A DNA stretch of 32,000 nt from Geobacter metallireducens GS-15 (GTDB taxonomy: Bacteria; Desulfobacterota; Desulfuromonadia; Geobacterales; Geobacteraceae): positions 360,001-392,000 of the forward strand of contig NC_007517.1 in assembly GCF_000012925.1 (NCBI RefSeq), written 5' to 3'. A program made the position numbers and the translations under genes. The notes under the pieces were generated by a model that searched no databases, was not told where the DNA came from, and saw only the letters and a program-made list of their open reading frames with translations. Shown one piece after another: positions 14,901 through 22,636 of this stretch; the first letter of the stretch is position 1, and the number at the start of each line of letters is the position of its first letter.

Positions 14901-14938
14901 CGGTAGGGGCGCTGCTTGCCGCGCCGCCCCTACCGTTT
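14901..14938 (+). terminator. GC-rich hairpin CGGTAGGGGCG-N13-CGCCCCTACCG followed by TTT
   Basis: Perfect 11-bp stem 14 nt after the ppc stop. The T-run is short (3 nt), so this may be a partial terminator or an RNA stabiliser between ppc and moeA. Confidence 0.5.
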
Positions 14939-14972
14939 AGCCACCGAATCGATGGCCTAAAGAGGTGATGCC

Positions 14973-16181
14973 ATGATCTCCATTGAAGAAGCGCAACAGA
15001 TCATCCTTTCCCACACGGGGCTTCTGGGAACCGAGGAGGTTCCCCTGTTGCACGCGCTTCACCGGGTGATCGCGGAGGATGTCCACGCGCCGTGGGATAT
15101 CCCGGGGGCCGACCATTCGGCCATGGATGGCTACACCTTTGCCTACGACGACGTGCAGGGGGGAAGCCTCGAGGTCTGCGGCTTCCTTCCTGCCGGCGTG
15201 GCACCGACGGAGCCGGTTTCCCCCGGCTGCGCCATGAAAATCATGACCGGCGCTCCGATTCCCCCCGGTTGCGATACCGTTGTTCCCGTGGAGGATGTGC
15301 TGGAGGAAGGTACAACCATTCGCCTGCGGGGGATGGTCAAGCGGGGCGACCATATCCGCCGCCGTGGCGAGGAGGTGAACGCCGGTGATCTGGTCGTTGC
15401 CTCCGGAAGCCTCCTGCGCCCTCCGGAGATCGGCATCCTCTCTTCCCTGGGGAAGACGACAGCCACCGTGTTCCGCAAGGCCCGCGTCGCGGTTCTCTCC
15501 ACCGGCGACGAGCTGTTGCAACCCGGCTCCATCCCGGAGCCGGGCAAGATCATCAACAGCAACAGTACCAGCATTGCCGCCCAGCTTCTGGAGGCGGGGG
15601 CCGAGCCGCTCATGCTCGGCATCGCCCGGGATGATCTGGAGACTACCCGGCGCAAGATCAGCGACGGGCTCCAGGCCGATCTCCTCGTCACCACCGGCGG
15701 CGTGTCGGTGGGGGACAGGGACTTTGTCCGCGATGCGCTCCTGGACCTGGGGGGAGAGATCAAATTCTGGAAGGTGGCCATGAAGCCGGGGAAGCCGGTG
15801 GCCTTTGCCATGGTCCGGGGGAAACCGGTCTTTGCCCTGCCGGGGAACCCGGTGGCGGCCATGGTCGCCTTCGAGCAGTTCGTCCGTCCAGCCCTCCTGA
15901 CGATGATGGGGCATGCCCGCATCCTTCGGCCCGTGGTCCGGGGAACCCTGGAGGAGGCCATCAGGAACCGGGGAGGGAGGCCCCACTTTGTACGGGTGTC
16001 GGTCCGCCTCGAGGCGGGGCGCTACCGGCTGGCCACCACCGGCGACCAGGGGTCGGCGCGGCTTTCATCCCTCACCAGCGGCAACGGGCTCGTGAAGCTC
16101 CCTCCCGACGCCGCCATCGTCGCTGGCAGCGAGGTGGAGGTGCAGCTCCTGGACCGGCACTTCGAGATGGGTCACCCCTGA
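14973..16181 (+). CDS. moeA: Molybdopterin molybdenumtransferase MoeA (402 aa)
   Basis: MoeA-like sequence throughout (MDGYTF, IMTGAPIP, GDELL..G.I.NSN, TTGGVSVGD.D, KPGKP.AF, LPGNPVAA). AGAGGTGA RBS. Confidence 0.92.
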   Translation: MISIEEAQQIILSHTGLLGTEEVPLLHALHRVIAEDVHAPWDIPGADHSAMDGYTFAYDDVQGGSLEVCGFLPAGVAPTEPVSPGCAMKIMTGAPIPPGCDTVVPVEDVLEEGTTIRLRGMVKRGDHIRRRGEEVNAGDLVVASGSLLRPPEIGILSSLGKTTATVFRKARVAVLSTGDELLQPGSIPEPGKIINSNSTSIAAQLLEAGAEPLMLGIARDDLETTRRKISDGLQADLLVTTGGVSVGDRDFVRDALLDLGGEIKFWKVAMKPGKPVAFAMVRGKPVFALPGNPVAAMVAFEQFVRPALLTMMGHARILRPVVRGTLEEAIRNRGGRPHFVRVSVRLEAGRYRLATTGDQGSARLSSLTSGNGLVKLPPDAAIVAGSEVEVQLLDRHFEMGHP

Positions 16182-16182
16182 G

Positions 16183-17163
16183 ATGGAACTGATCGATACC
16201 TACGGACGGCGAATCACTTACCTGCGCCTCTCGGTGACCGACCGCTGCAATCTCCGCTGCCGTTACTGCATGCCGGCCGCGGGGGTGGAGAAGCTCGGCC
16301 ACGGCGACATCCTGAGCTACGAGGATCTCTTTCGGATCGCCCGGGCCGCCGTTGCCGTGGGGATCGAGAAGATCCGGGTGACGGGCGGGGAGCCTCTGGT
16401 GCGGAAGGGGATCGTCCCGTTCCTTGCCCGGCTCGCAAAACTCCCGGGGCTTCGGGAACTGGTCCTCACCACCAACGGGTTCCTCCTGCCGGAGATGGCG
16501 GGGGAACTGCGCCGGGCCGGGGTGCAGCGGCTCAACGTGAGCCTCGATTCGTTCCGTCCCGGCACGTTCCGGGCCATCACACGAGGTGGCGACGTGTGGC
16601 AGGTGCTTGCCGGGATCGCCGCCGCGGAGGCGGCCGGATTTCCGCCCCCCAAGATCAACATGGTGGTAATGCGGGGGGTGAATGATGACGAGGTGCTTGA
16701 CTTCGCGCGGCTCACCATCGAGCATCCCTACGCGGTCCGCTTCATCGAGTCCATGCCGGCCACGAGGGAGAAGAACTGGCAGAATCTGACCATTGCGGGG
16801 GAGGAAATCCTTGAACGGATAGGGACGCAGTTCTCCCTGGAACCGGTGGGAAAGGGGAGCCTGGCGGGGCCGTCCCGGGATTTCCGCCTGAGGGGGGCTG
16901 CCGGCACCATCGGAATCATCACGGCCCTCTCCGGTCACTTCTGCGCCGACTGCAACCGGATTCGGGTCACCTCCACCGGCATGGCAAAGTCGTGCCTCTT
17001 TTCCGACGGCGGAATCGACCTCAAGCCCTTTCTCAGGTGCGAAGGTTCGAAGCCCCTGGCCGAGGCTCTCCGAAACCTGGCCTGCGCCAAGCCGGCGTGC
17101 CACGGCATGTCGATGGAGAGGGCCGAGCACCGGGCCTTTGCCATGGCGGCGGTCGGGGGGTAG
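16183..17163 (+). CDS. moaA: GTP 3',8-cyclase MoaA (radical SAM, 326 aa)
   Basis: LRLSVTDRCNLRCRYCMP radical-SAM CxxxCxxC motif, C-terminal CADCNRIRVTSTG cluster motif and terminal GG. Starts 1 nt after the moeA stop. Confidence 0.95.
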   Translation: MELIDTYGRRITYLRLSVTDRCNLRCRYCMPAAGVEKLGHGDILSYEDLFRIARAAVAVGIEKIRVTGGEPLVRKGIVPFLARLAKLPGLRELVLTTNGFLLPEMAGELRRAGVQRLNVSLDSFRPGTFRAITRGGDVWQVLAGIAAAEAAGFPPPKINMVVMRGVNDDEVLDFARLTIEHPYAVRFIESMPATREKNWQNLTIAGEEILERIGTQFSLEPVGKGSLAGPSRDFRLRGAAGTIGIITALSGHFCADCNRIRVTSTGMAKSCLFSDGGIDLKPFLRCEGSKPLAEALRNLACAKPACHGMSMERAEHRAFAMAAVGG

Positions 17164-17204
17164 GATCACCCCTTTCGCCCTTTCGTCACGTTTCCGTTCT
17201 ATTT

Positions 17205-17233
17205 CCTGAATTCATTCACAAGCCGTGTATAAT
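17205..17233 (+). promoter_or_regulatory. Sigma70-like promoter with consensus -10 TATAAT
   Basis: TATAAT at 17228-17233 with a weak -35 (CCTGAA/CTGAAT) 16-17 nt upstream. It lies 60 nt upstream of the globin-sensor ATG. Confidence 0.35.
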
Positions 17234-17292
17234 GAAAAATATAGTAATCTCGGGAAACGTCAGGACTGCCTGCCGATGAACGGAGTGCCTCT

Positions 17293-18195
17293 ATGTATTC
17301 CATGCAGGAAATCAAAGCGCATTACCTGTTCGGCGACGAGGATGCCGAAACGCTGAAGTCGCTCCTCTCCATAGCCCAGGCAAACCGGGAGCTGATGATT
17401 GAGGACTTTTACGACTATCTCCTCGGCATTCCGGAAACGGCCGCGTTTCTCCAGGACGACACGGTCCTCCAGCGGCTCAAGCTGAGCCACGGCGGATGGT
17501 TCGTCAACCTCTTCCGGGGCGTTTACGACAATCAGTACCTGCACGATCTCCAGCGCGTCGGTCATGTTCATGTCAAAATCGGGCTCAACGCCCATTTCGT
17601 GAACGCGGCCATGCAGAAGGTGCGGCGTTTTGCGGTCGGCATGATCAGGGAGAACTTTCCCGACCGGGACGAGCGGCGGAAGAAAACAGAGGCGGTGGAA
17701 AAGATTCTCGATATCAACCTCGACATCATGACGGCCTCCTACATCGAGGAGGAACTGAAGAAGGTCTTCATTTCCAAACGGCTGGAATCGCTGCTGGTCA
17801 GGGCAACGGAGCGTTTCACCTACGGCCTCAACCTGGTCCTGGTGCTCGCCCTGGTCGGCGTGTCCCTTTCGGTCGTTGGTCTGTTTTTCTGGGAGATATT
17901 TCATGTCTTCAGGGGCTCCGTCGAGAAAGGGATCCTGAGCGCCCTCGGTACGCTCCTCATCCTCTGGATGATGATCGAGCTCATGGACAACGAGATCAAG
18001 ACCCTGAAAGGGGGGCGCTTCAATATCCAGGTGTTCATCGGCGTGGTCATCATCGCCATCATCCGGGAAATCCTGATTTCGACGCTCCGTCACGATCCCC
18101 TGGAGACCCAGGTCTTCCTGGCCGGGACGCTGATGGTCCTGGGAGTCGTATACTACCTGGTCGCCCGAAGCCAGCAGATATCGCCCATACGCTGA
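17293..18195 (+). CDS. Globin-coupled sensor: N-terminal sensor globin (protoglobin-type) fused to a C-terminal 4-helix membrane domain (300 aa)
   Basis: The N-terminal ~160 aa have GCS hallmarks (HYLFGDEDAETL, FYDYL, proximal-His motif RVGHVHVKIGL). The C-terminal ~130 aa are hydrophobic helices, possibly PsiE-like. The architecture matches what I recall for the Geobacter sulfurreducens GCS, which has a transmembrane output domain. Confidence 0.8.
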   Translation: MYSMQEIKAHYLFGDEDAETLKSLLSIAQANRELMIEDFYDYLLGIPETAAFLQDDTVLQRLKLSHGGWFVNLFRGVYDNQYLHDLQRVGHVHVKIGLNAHFVNAAMQKVRRFAVGMIRENFPDRDERRKKTEAVEKILDINLDIMTASYIEEELKKVFISKRLESLLVRATERFTYGLNLVLVLALVGVSLSVVGLFFWEIFHVFRGSVEKGILSALGTLLILWMMIELMDNEIKTLKGGRFNIQVFIGVVIIAIIREILISTLRHDPLETQVFLAGTLMVLGVVYYLVARSQQISPIR

Positions 18196-18249
18196 GTGGG
18201 GAGCGGGACTTATGCTACTCTTTGAAATACAATGACGTGAGGGTGAGCC

Positions 18250-19629
18250 ATGGGGAGTGAAAAAGGAACTATTGATCCCGCTGTGTACCGGGCGATTCTG
18301 GCAAGTATGGGGGATGGAATCGTCTTCCTGGATACGGAGGACTGTTTCGCCTACATCAACGCGGCCGCAGAGAAGATCCGCGGCATCCGGGCGGAAAACT
18401 ACCTGGGGCGCCATATCCTTTCCATCTTCGGCACCCATTCCAACCATACGTCCGAGCGGGTGCGCAAGCTGCTGGCCGCCCTCAGGAGCGGCGTCCTCCC
18501 CTTTCATGTCCATATCATCGAGACGAGGGGGAGGGTTTTCGAGAACAGCTATTACCCCATCCGCGATAAGGGAGGCAACTATCTCGGAACCCTGATGATG
18601 AGCCGCGACATCACCGAGAAGGAGCGGCTCAAGGCGGAAAACCTCACCCTTCGCGAGCAGGTGCTGTCCGAATTCGGCTGCTGCGACCTGGTGGGCTCCA
18701 GCGATGTCATGCGCCCCATCTTCCAGATCATCAATGCCGCCGCTGCCGTCGACTCCACCATCCTGATCACCGGCGAAAGCGGCACCGGCAAGGAGCTGGT
18801 GGCCCGGGCCGTCCACCAGCACAGCGCGCGCAAGGATCTCCCCATGATCAAGGTCAACTGCGCGGCCCTCCCCGATACCCTCCTGGAATCGGAACTCTTC
18901 GGCCATGAAAAGGGGGCGTTTACCGGTGCCATCAAGGAGCGCAAGGGGAAATTCGAGCAGGCCCACGGGGGAACCATCTTCCTCGATGAGATCGCGGAGA
19001 TGCCCCTGGCGGCCCAGGCCAAACTGCTCAGAGTGCTGCAGGAGAGGACCGTGGAGCGCCTGGGGAGCACCCGGGAGATCAGGGTGGACGTGCGGATCAT
19101 CGCCGCCACCAACCGCGACCTGCGCCGGGAGGTGACGGCGGGACGGTTTCGGGAAGACCTCTTCTATCGCCTCAACGTCATCCCGATCCATATCCCCCCC
19201 CTGCGGGAGCGGACCGAGGATATCCTCGCCCTGGCCCGGCAGTTCCTCAACCGGTTCGCCGAGAAGATGCACAAGCCGGTCATGGAAATCGCCCCGGAGG
19301 CCCAGAAGGCCCTCCTGGAATACAACTATCCGGGCAATGTCAGGGAACTGGAAAATGCTGTCGAGCGGGCCGTTGCCCTCTCCCTTGGCAGCAATCTGCG
19401 CCTCGGAGATCTCCCGTCGGAGTTCACCGCTCCGCACCCAGCCGGTGCTCAGCCGCTTTCCCCGTCCGCCGGTCCCGCTTCCCTGGCCGATAGTGTTCAT
19501 TCCATGGAAAAAAACGCTATCGAAGAGGCCTTGCGCTCCACTGGCAACAAGAAGGGAGATGCCGCTCGACTCCTCGGTATCTCCCGGAAAACCTTGTGGG
19601 AAAAAATGAAACAGCTGGGGGTCACGTAG
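18250..19629 (+). CDS. Sigma54-dependent transcriptional activator, PAS - AAA+ - Fis-type HTH (459 aa)
   Basis: PAS (ILASMGDGIVFLD...SRDITEKERL), Walker A GESGTGKE, sigma54-contact loop EKGAFTGA, Walker B IFLDEI, and C-terminal HTH GNKKGDAARLLGISRKTLWEKMKQ. There is no receiver domain. Confidence 0.93.
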   Translation: MGSEKGTIDPAVYRAILASMGDGIVFLDTEDCFAYINAAAEKIRGIRAENYLGRHILSIFGTHSNHTSERVRKLLAALRSGVLPFHVHIIETRGRVFENSYYPIRDKGGNYLGTLMMSRDITEKERLKAENLTLREQVLSEFGCCDLVGSSDVMRPIFQIINAAAAVDSTILITGESGTGKELVARAVHQHSARKDLPMIKVNCAALPDTLLESELFGHEKGAFTGAIKERKGKFEQAHGGTIFLDEIAEMPLAAQAKLLRVLQERTVERLGSTREIRVDVRIIAATNRDLRREVTAGRFREDLFYRLNVIPIHIPPLRERTEDILALARQFLNRFAEKMHKPVMEIAPEAQKALLEYNYPGNVRELENAVERAVALSLGSNLRLGDLPSEFTAPHPAGAQPLSPSAGPASLADSVHSMEKNAIEEALRSTGNKKGDAARLLGISRKTLWEKMKQLGVT

Positions 19630-19792
19630 CGGAAGCAGATGGTATGGGTTCCGGAGGCTTCCCTGGCATCGGGAAATATTTTTCCCCTGTGAAAATTATT
19701 CGTGGACTTTTGGGTGGAAAAGCTGGTAGAGTGCCCTATGTCCGTGGATGTACCAGGACGAACTAACAACAGCAGCAGGAGAAAGAAAGAAC

Positions 19793-19993
19793 ATGGCAAA
19801 CGGTACAGTAAAGTGGTTCAACGACAGCAAGGGGTTTGGTTTTCTGGAGCAGGAGAACGGCGAGGACGTATTTGTCCACTTCTCGGCCATCAACGGCGAC
19901 GGTTTCAAATCCCTTACTGAAGGTGATAGGGTAACGTTCGACGTCGTCAAGGGCCCGAAAGGCCTGCAGGCGGCCAACGTAACCAGGGTGTAA
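19793..19993 (+). CDS. cspA: Cold-shock protein, CspA family (66 aa)
   Basis: [33 protein letters not shown] contains the RNP1/RNP2 motifs (KGFGF, VFVHF). AGGAG RBS. The track ORF opens upstream at 19748. Confidence 0.95.
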   Translation: MANGTVKWFNDSKGFGFLEQENGEDVFVHFSAINGDGFKSLTEGDRVTFDVVKGPKGLQAANVTRV

Positions 19994-20016
19994 CTGATAC
20001 GAGCCCTGCGAAACGA

Positions 20017-20053
20017 AGAAGGCCCCGGAGCAATCCGGGGCCTTCTCTTTTTA
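20017..20053 (+). terminator. Rho-independent terminator of the csp gene
   Basis: AGAAGGCCCCGG-agcaat-CCGGGGCCTTCT followed by CTTTTTATT. Confidence 0.85.
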
Positions 20054-20114
20054 TTCAACGTCTACATCTCGCCCCTGTTGCCGTAGCGACCCTGGTGAAA
20101 GTATCATTCCTCCC

Positions 20115-20270
20115 GTGAACAGGCTAGTCTCAATCTTTCTTGTCGTTTTCGTCATCGCCCTGGTTTTCTTCGGGACTTGGCAGCTGTTTCTCGGCAATTT
20201 CGAGGCCGCCTTCTCGTCCGCCCCATTTCTGCTCATCGTCTATCTGTTCCTCAGGCCGTGGCGCAAATAA
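20115..20270 (+). CDS. Hypothetical small two-helix membrane protein (51 aa)
   Basis: GTG-initiated ORF MNRLVSIFLVVFVIALVFFGTWQLFLGNFEAAFSSAPFLLIVYLFLRPWRK, below the track cutoff. It has two hydrophobic segments with a basic tail. No Shine-Dalgarno is visible, so support is weak. Confidence 0.2.
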   Translation: MNRLVSIFLVVFVIALVFFGTWQLFLGNFEAAFSSAPFLLIVYLFLRPWRK

Positions 20271-20354
20271 GCCTCTCCTGCAGTTCTCCGCAGGGCGCCG
20301 TGAGTGACACGGGACATTTGTTCTTGACTTTGGCTTTGTATCTAGTGTAAGAAC

Positions 20355-20460
20355 AGGCCCATTAATTTTTGCAGTGATTCGTGTAATGGTTCCAGGGAGG
20401 GGACCACCTTTCCCTGCGCAGAGCAGCCCCATCGGCATTCAGTCGTGGGGCTGTTTTCGT
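20355..20460 (+). ncRNA. Candidate ~100-nt small RNA (three hairpins, the last a terminator)
   Basis: A possible -35 TTGACT (20324-20329) with only a weak -10. Hairpins are CCATTA..TAATGG, CAGGGA-N12-TCCCTG, and CAGCCCCA-N14-TGGGGCTG followed by TTTTCGT (20424-20460). No convincing ORF and no family recognised. Confidence 0.3.
20424..20460 (+). terminator. Rho-independent terminator in non-coding DNA
   Basis: Perfect 8-bp GC-rich stem CAGCCCCA/TGGGGCTG with a 14-nt loop, followed by TTTT. It lies 154 nt downstream of the nearest plus-strand ORF stop. Confidence 0.6.
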
Positions 20461-20664
20461 TGCGGAGCCTTGGTTTGACTGGGCGTGAAGCATAGTTGAC
20501 CGGTCTGCGGTCCATCGGCTTTGGCGAGATATTGACGCTGGAGTGCCGCGCCGCCGAGAGAGCAGATAGATTGAAAGGGAATTTGTATGAGTTGTATTGT
20601 GTTGAAATTTCAAGCCTAGTGCGCTCTCTTCAATAATGGTGTCACATTGATTTGAGTTCAATAA

Positions 20665-20692
20665 TTGACTTTTCGATAAAAGCTTTTATCAT
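20665..20692 (+). promoter_or_regulatory. Sigma70-like promoter TTGACT-N16-TATCAT for the OmpA-family gene
   Basis: Near-consensus hexamers in an AT-rich region. The predicted start near 20699 gives a ~90-nt 5' UTR. Confidence 0.4.
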
Positions 20693-20787
20693 GTCGTTTG
20701 AAATAATTAAATGATCTCTGTTTGCTTGCCTTTAGGTAAAAGGTGTTGCATCCACGAGGTATGAATTCAACGTCAAGGAGGTATGGA

Positions 20788-22131
20788 ATGAAGAAGCAAG
20801 TAGCAATTACCGTTGCCGCGGCGTGTCTGGCATTCTCCGCTACCGCCCACAGTGAGAGCCGCATCAAGGAAGGTGCTTTGTCGGTGAGCCCCTTCGGTGG
20901 GTACACGTTCTTCGACCGGGACTCTGATCTCAAGAGCCGGCCCACCGGCGGTCTCAGGCTCGGCTACAACTTCACCGAGAACGTGGCAGTCGAGGGTTCG
21001 GGAGCCTATACCGACACCAAGTACGATAACGGCAATGGAAGCTCCAATGTCTATCGTTATGGCGCCGAGCTCCTCTATCACTTTATTCCCCAGTCACGGG
21101 TTGTGCCGTTCCTGGCAGCGGGGCTCGGCGGTATTACCTACGAAGGCCGTGAAGGTGTGCCCGATGCAGATCGGACCGACGGGATACTCACTGCCGGCGG
21201 CGGTGTGAAGCTCTTCCTTGTGGATCGTATTGCGCTTCGCGCCGATGGCCGCAACATTTTTACCTTCAACGATGCTCTGAATCATCAGGAAGTCACCGCC
21301 GGCCTCGATTTTCAGTTCGGCGGCGGCAAGGCTGCTCCGGCTCCGGTCAAGGCTGAACCGAAGCCCGAGCCCAAGCCCGAGCCCAAAAAGGTTGTCGCTA
21401 CTGCACCCCTCGACAGTGACGGCGATGGCGTACCCGACAATCTGGACAAGTGCCCCGATACCCCGGCCGGCGTCAAGGTCGACAGCGTCGGCTGTCCGCT
21501 GGACAGCGACGGTGACGGCGTACCCGATTACCTGGACAAGTGCCCCGGCACCCCGGCCGGCGTGAAGGTCGACAGCGTCGGCTGTCCGCTGGACAGCGAC
21601 GGTGACGGCGTACCCGATTACCTGGACAAGTGTCCCGGCACCCCGGCCGGCGTGAAGGTCGACAGCGTCGGCTGCCCACTGGATACGGATGGTGACGGCG
21701 TACCCGACTACCTGGACAAGTGCCCCGATACGCCGAAAAATGCCGCCGTCGACAAGAACGGCTGCCCGGAGAAGGTCTGCATCACCCTGAAGGTTGAGTT
21801 CGACTTCGATAAGGCCAACATCAAGCCCGAGTTCCGCGATGAGATCAAGAGAGTGGCCGACTTCCTCAAAGAGTATCCCGACGCCACTGCGGTGATCGAA
21901 GGGCATACCGACAGCAAAGGAACTGTGAAGTACAACCAGAAGCTCTCCGAGCGCAGGGCCAAGGCCGTCATGAAGAACCTGGTCGACGAATTCGGAATCT
22001 CCGCCAAGCGTCTTTCTGCCAAGGGGTATGGCGAGACCAAGCCGGTTGCCGACAACGCCACCGAAGAAGGGCGCCAGAAGAACCGCCGCGTAGTGGCCAA
22101 CATCGACTGCGGGCTGAAGAAGCGCAAGTAA
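20788..22131 (+). CDS. OmpA-family outer-membrane protein: beta-barrel + Pro-rich linker + 4 TSP3 (calcium-binding) repeats + OmpA C-terminal domain (447 aa)
   Basis: AAGGAGG RBS. Signal peptide ends ATAHS. An alternating-hydrophobic barrel region is followed by the AEPKPEPKPEPKK linker and 4x DSDGDGVPD.LDKCP repeats. The C-terminus has OmpA peptidoglycan-binding motifs (GHTDS.G...YN..LSERRA..V). Confidence 0.9.
   Translation: MKKQVAITVAAACLAFSATAHSESRIKEGALSVSPFGGYTFFDRDSDLKSRPTGGLRLGYNFTENVAVEGSGAYTDTKYDNGNGSSNVYRYGAELLYHFIPQSRVVPFLAAGLGGITYEGREGVPDADRTDGILTAGGGVKLFLVDRIALRADGRNIFTFNDALNHQEVTAGLDFQFGGGKAAPAPVKAEPKPEPKPEPKKVVATAPLDSDGDGVPDNLDKCPDTPAGVKVDSVGCPLDSDGDGVPDYLDKCPGTPAGVKVDSVGCPLDSDGDGVPDYLDKCPGTPAGVKVDSVGCPLDTDGDGVPDYLDKCPDTPKNAAVDKNGCPEKVCITLKVEFDFDKANIKPEFRDEIKRVADFLKEYPDATAVIEGHTDSKGTVKYNQKLSERRAKAVMKNLVDEFGISAKRLSAKGYGETKPVADNATEEGRQKNRRVVANIDCGLKKRK
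21409..21768 (+). repeat. Four tandem 90-bp coding repeats (30-aa thrombospondin type-3-like units)
   Basis: Units are 21409-21498, 21499-21588, 21589-21678 and 21679-21768. Units 2 and 3 differ at 3 of 90 nt. Units 1 and 4 are more divergent. Confidence 0.95.
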
Positions 22132-22156
22132 CCGTAACAGTACAACTGACGTCATC

Positions 22157-22192
<36 letters not shown>

Positions 22193-22225
22193 GTGGCCTG
22201 TGATCCTGAACGATACCTGGATGGG

Positions 22226-22636
22226 CTACAAGTCCCCCGTCAGTTCCTGGAGAAGATAGACCTTCGGATTCAGCCCCTTGACGCAGCCAATAATCTCGCG
22301 CAGTCCCTTCTCGTCGATTCCTTCCTCCTGGTCGGTTCCCTGGAACCAGGGGTATCCCTTGGGGAAGGGCGAGTAGGAGCCGTCACGGAGAAGCGACACA
22401 TCCACCATGTCGTTCACCCGGCCTGCGGCCTCCCACGGGTCCCGGTAGTTGAACTGACGCGCCACGATATGGAGCCCCATGCCGTTGGGAAAGAGGGCCT
22501 TCACCTCGAAGGAGAAATCCCGCGGCGCTCCGTAGCTGTCACTTCTCCCCTCGCGGGCAAATACCTCCGCTCCTTCCCTAACGAGAATCTCCCACACCGA
22601 CTCGGCAGTCATTGGCGTGAATTCTTCCATAGTCAT
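22226..22636 (-). CDS. Hypothetical acidic cytoplasmic protein (136 aa), last gene of the yqaA-VWA operon
   Basis: ATGA start/stop overlap with the upstream gene, and GGAGGT directly upstream of the ATG. No family recognised by eye. Confidence 0.6.
   Translation of the reverse strand: MTMEEFTPMTAESVWEILVREGAEVFAREGRSDSYGAPRDFSFEVKALFPNGMGLHIVARQFNYRDPWEAAGRVNDMVDVSLLRDGSYSPFPKGYPWFQGTDQEEGIDEKGLREIIGCVKGLNPKVYLLQELTGDL

Noticed and set aside
14888-14972. Possible Moco riboswitch upstream of moeA/moaA (also considered for the 5' UTR at 1683-1825)
   Set aside because: The spacer is only 85 nt and consists of one simple hairpin. I could not find the conserved CCGAG...GGAAAGGAG-type core I recall for the Moco motif in either region. 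A cmscan would settle it.
17036-17052. tRNA-like GGTTCGAAGCC T-loop string
   Set aside because: It lies inside the well-supported moaA reading frame, and no acceptor or anticodon stems surround it.
8974-17169. Long antisense or out-of-frame ORFs across narH-moaA (8974..10470-, 10781..11764-, 11817..12869+, 13014..13898+, 13183..14880-, 14937..15986-, 16072..17169-, and others)
   Set aside because: All overlap genes with strong family signatures on the plus strand. Their compositions are typical of GC-driven open frames.
17260-19500. 746-aa ORF on the minus strand
   Set aside because: It is antisense to the globin-coupled sensor and the sigma54 activator, both with clear family motifs. Its composition is shadow-like and no RBS is visible.
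21409-21768. CRISPR-like regular repeats
   Set aside because: The 90-bp units are contiguous with no spacers, in frame, and encode TSP3 calcium-binding repeats within a continuous OmpA-family ORF.
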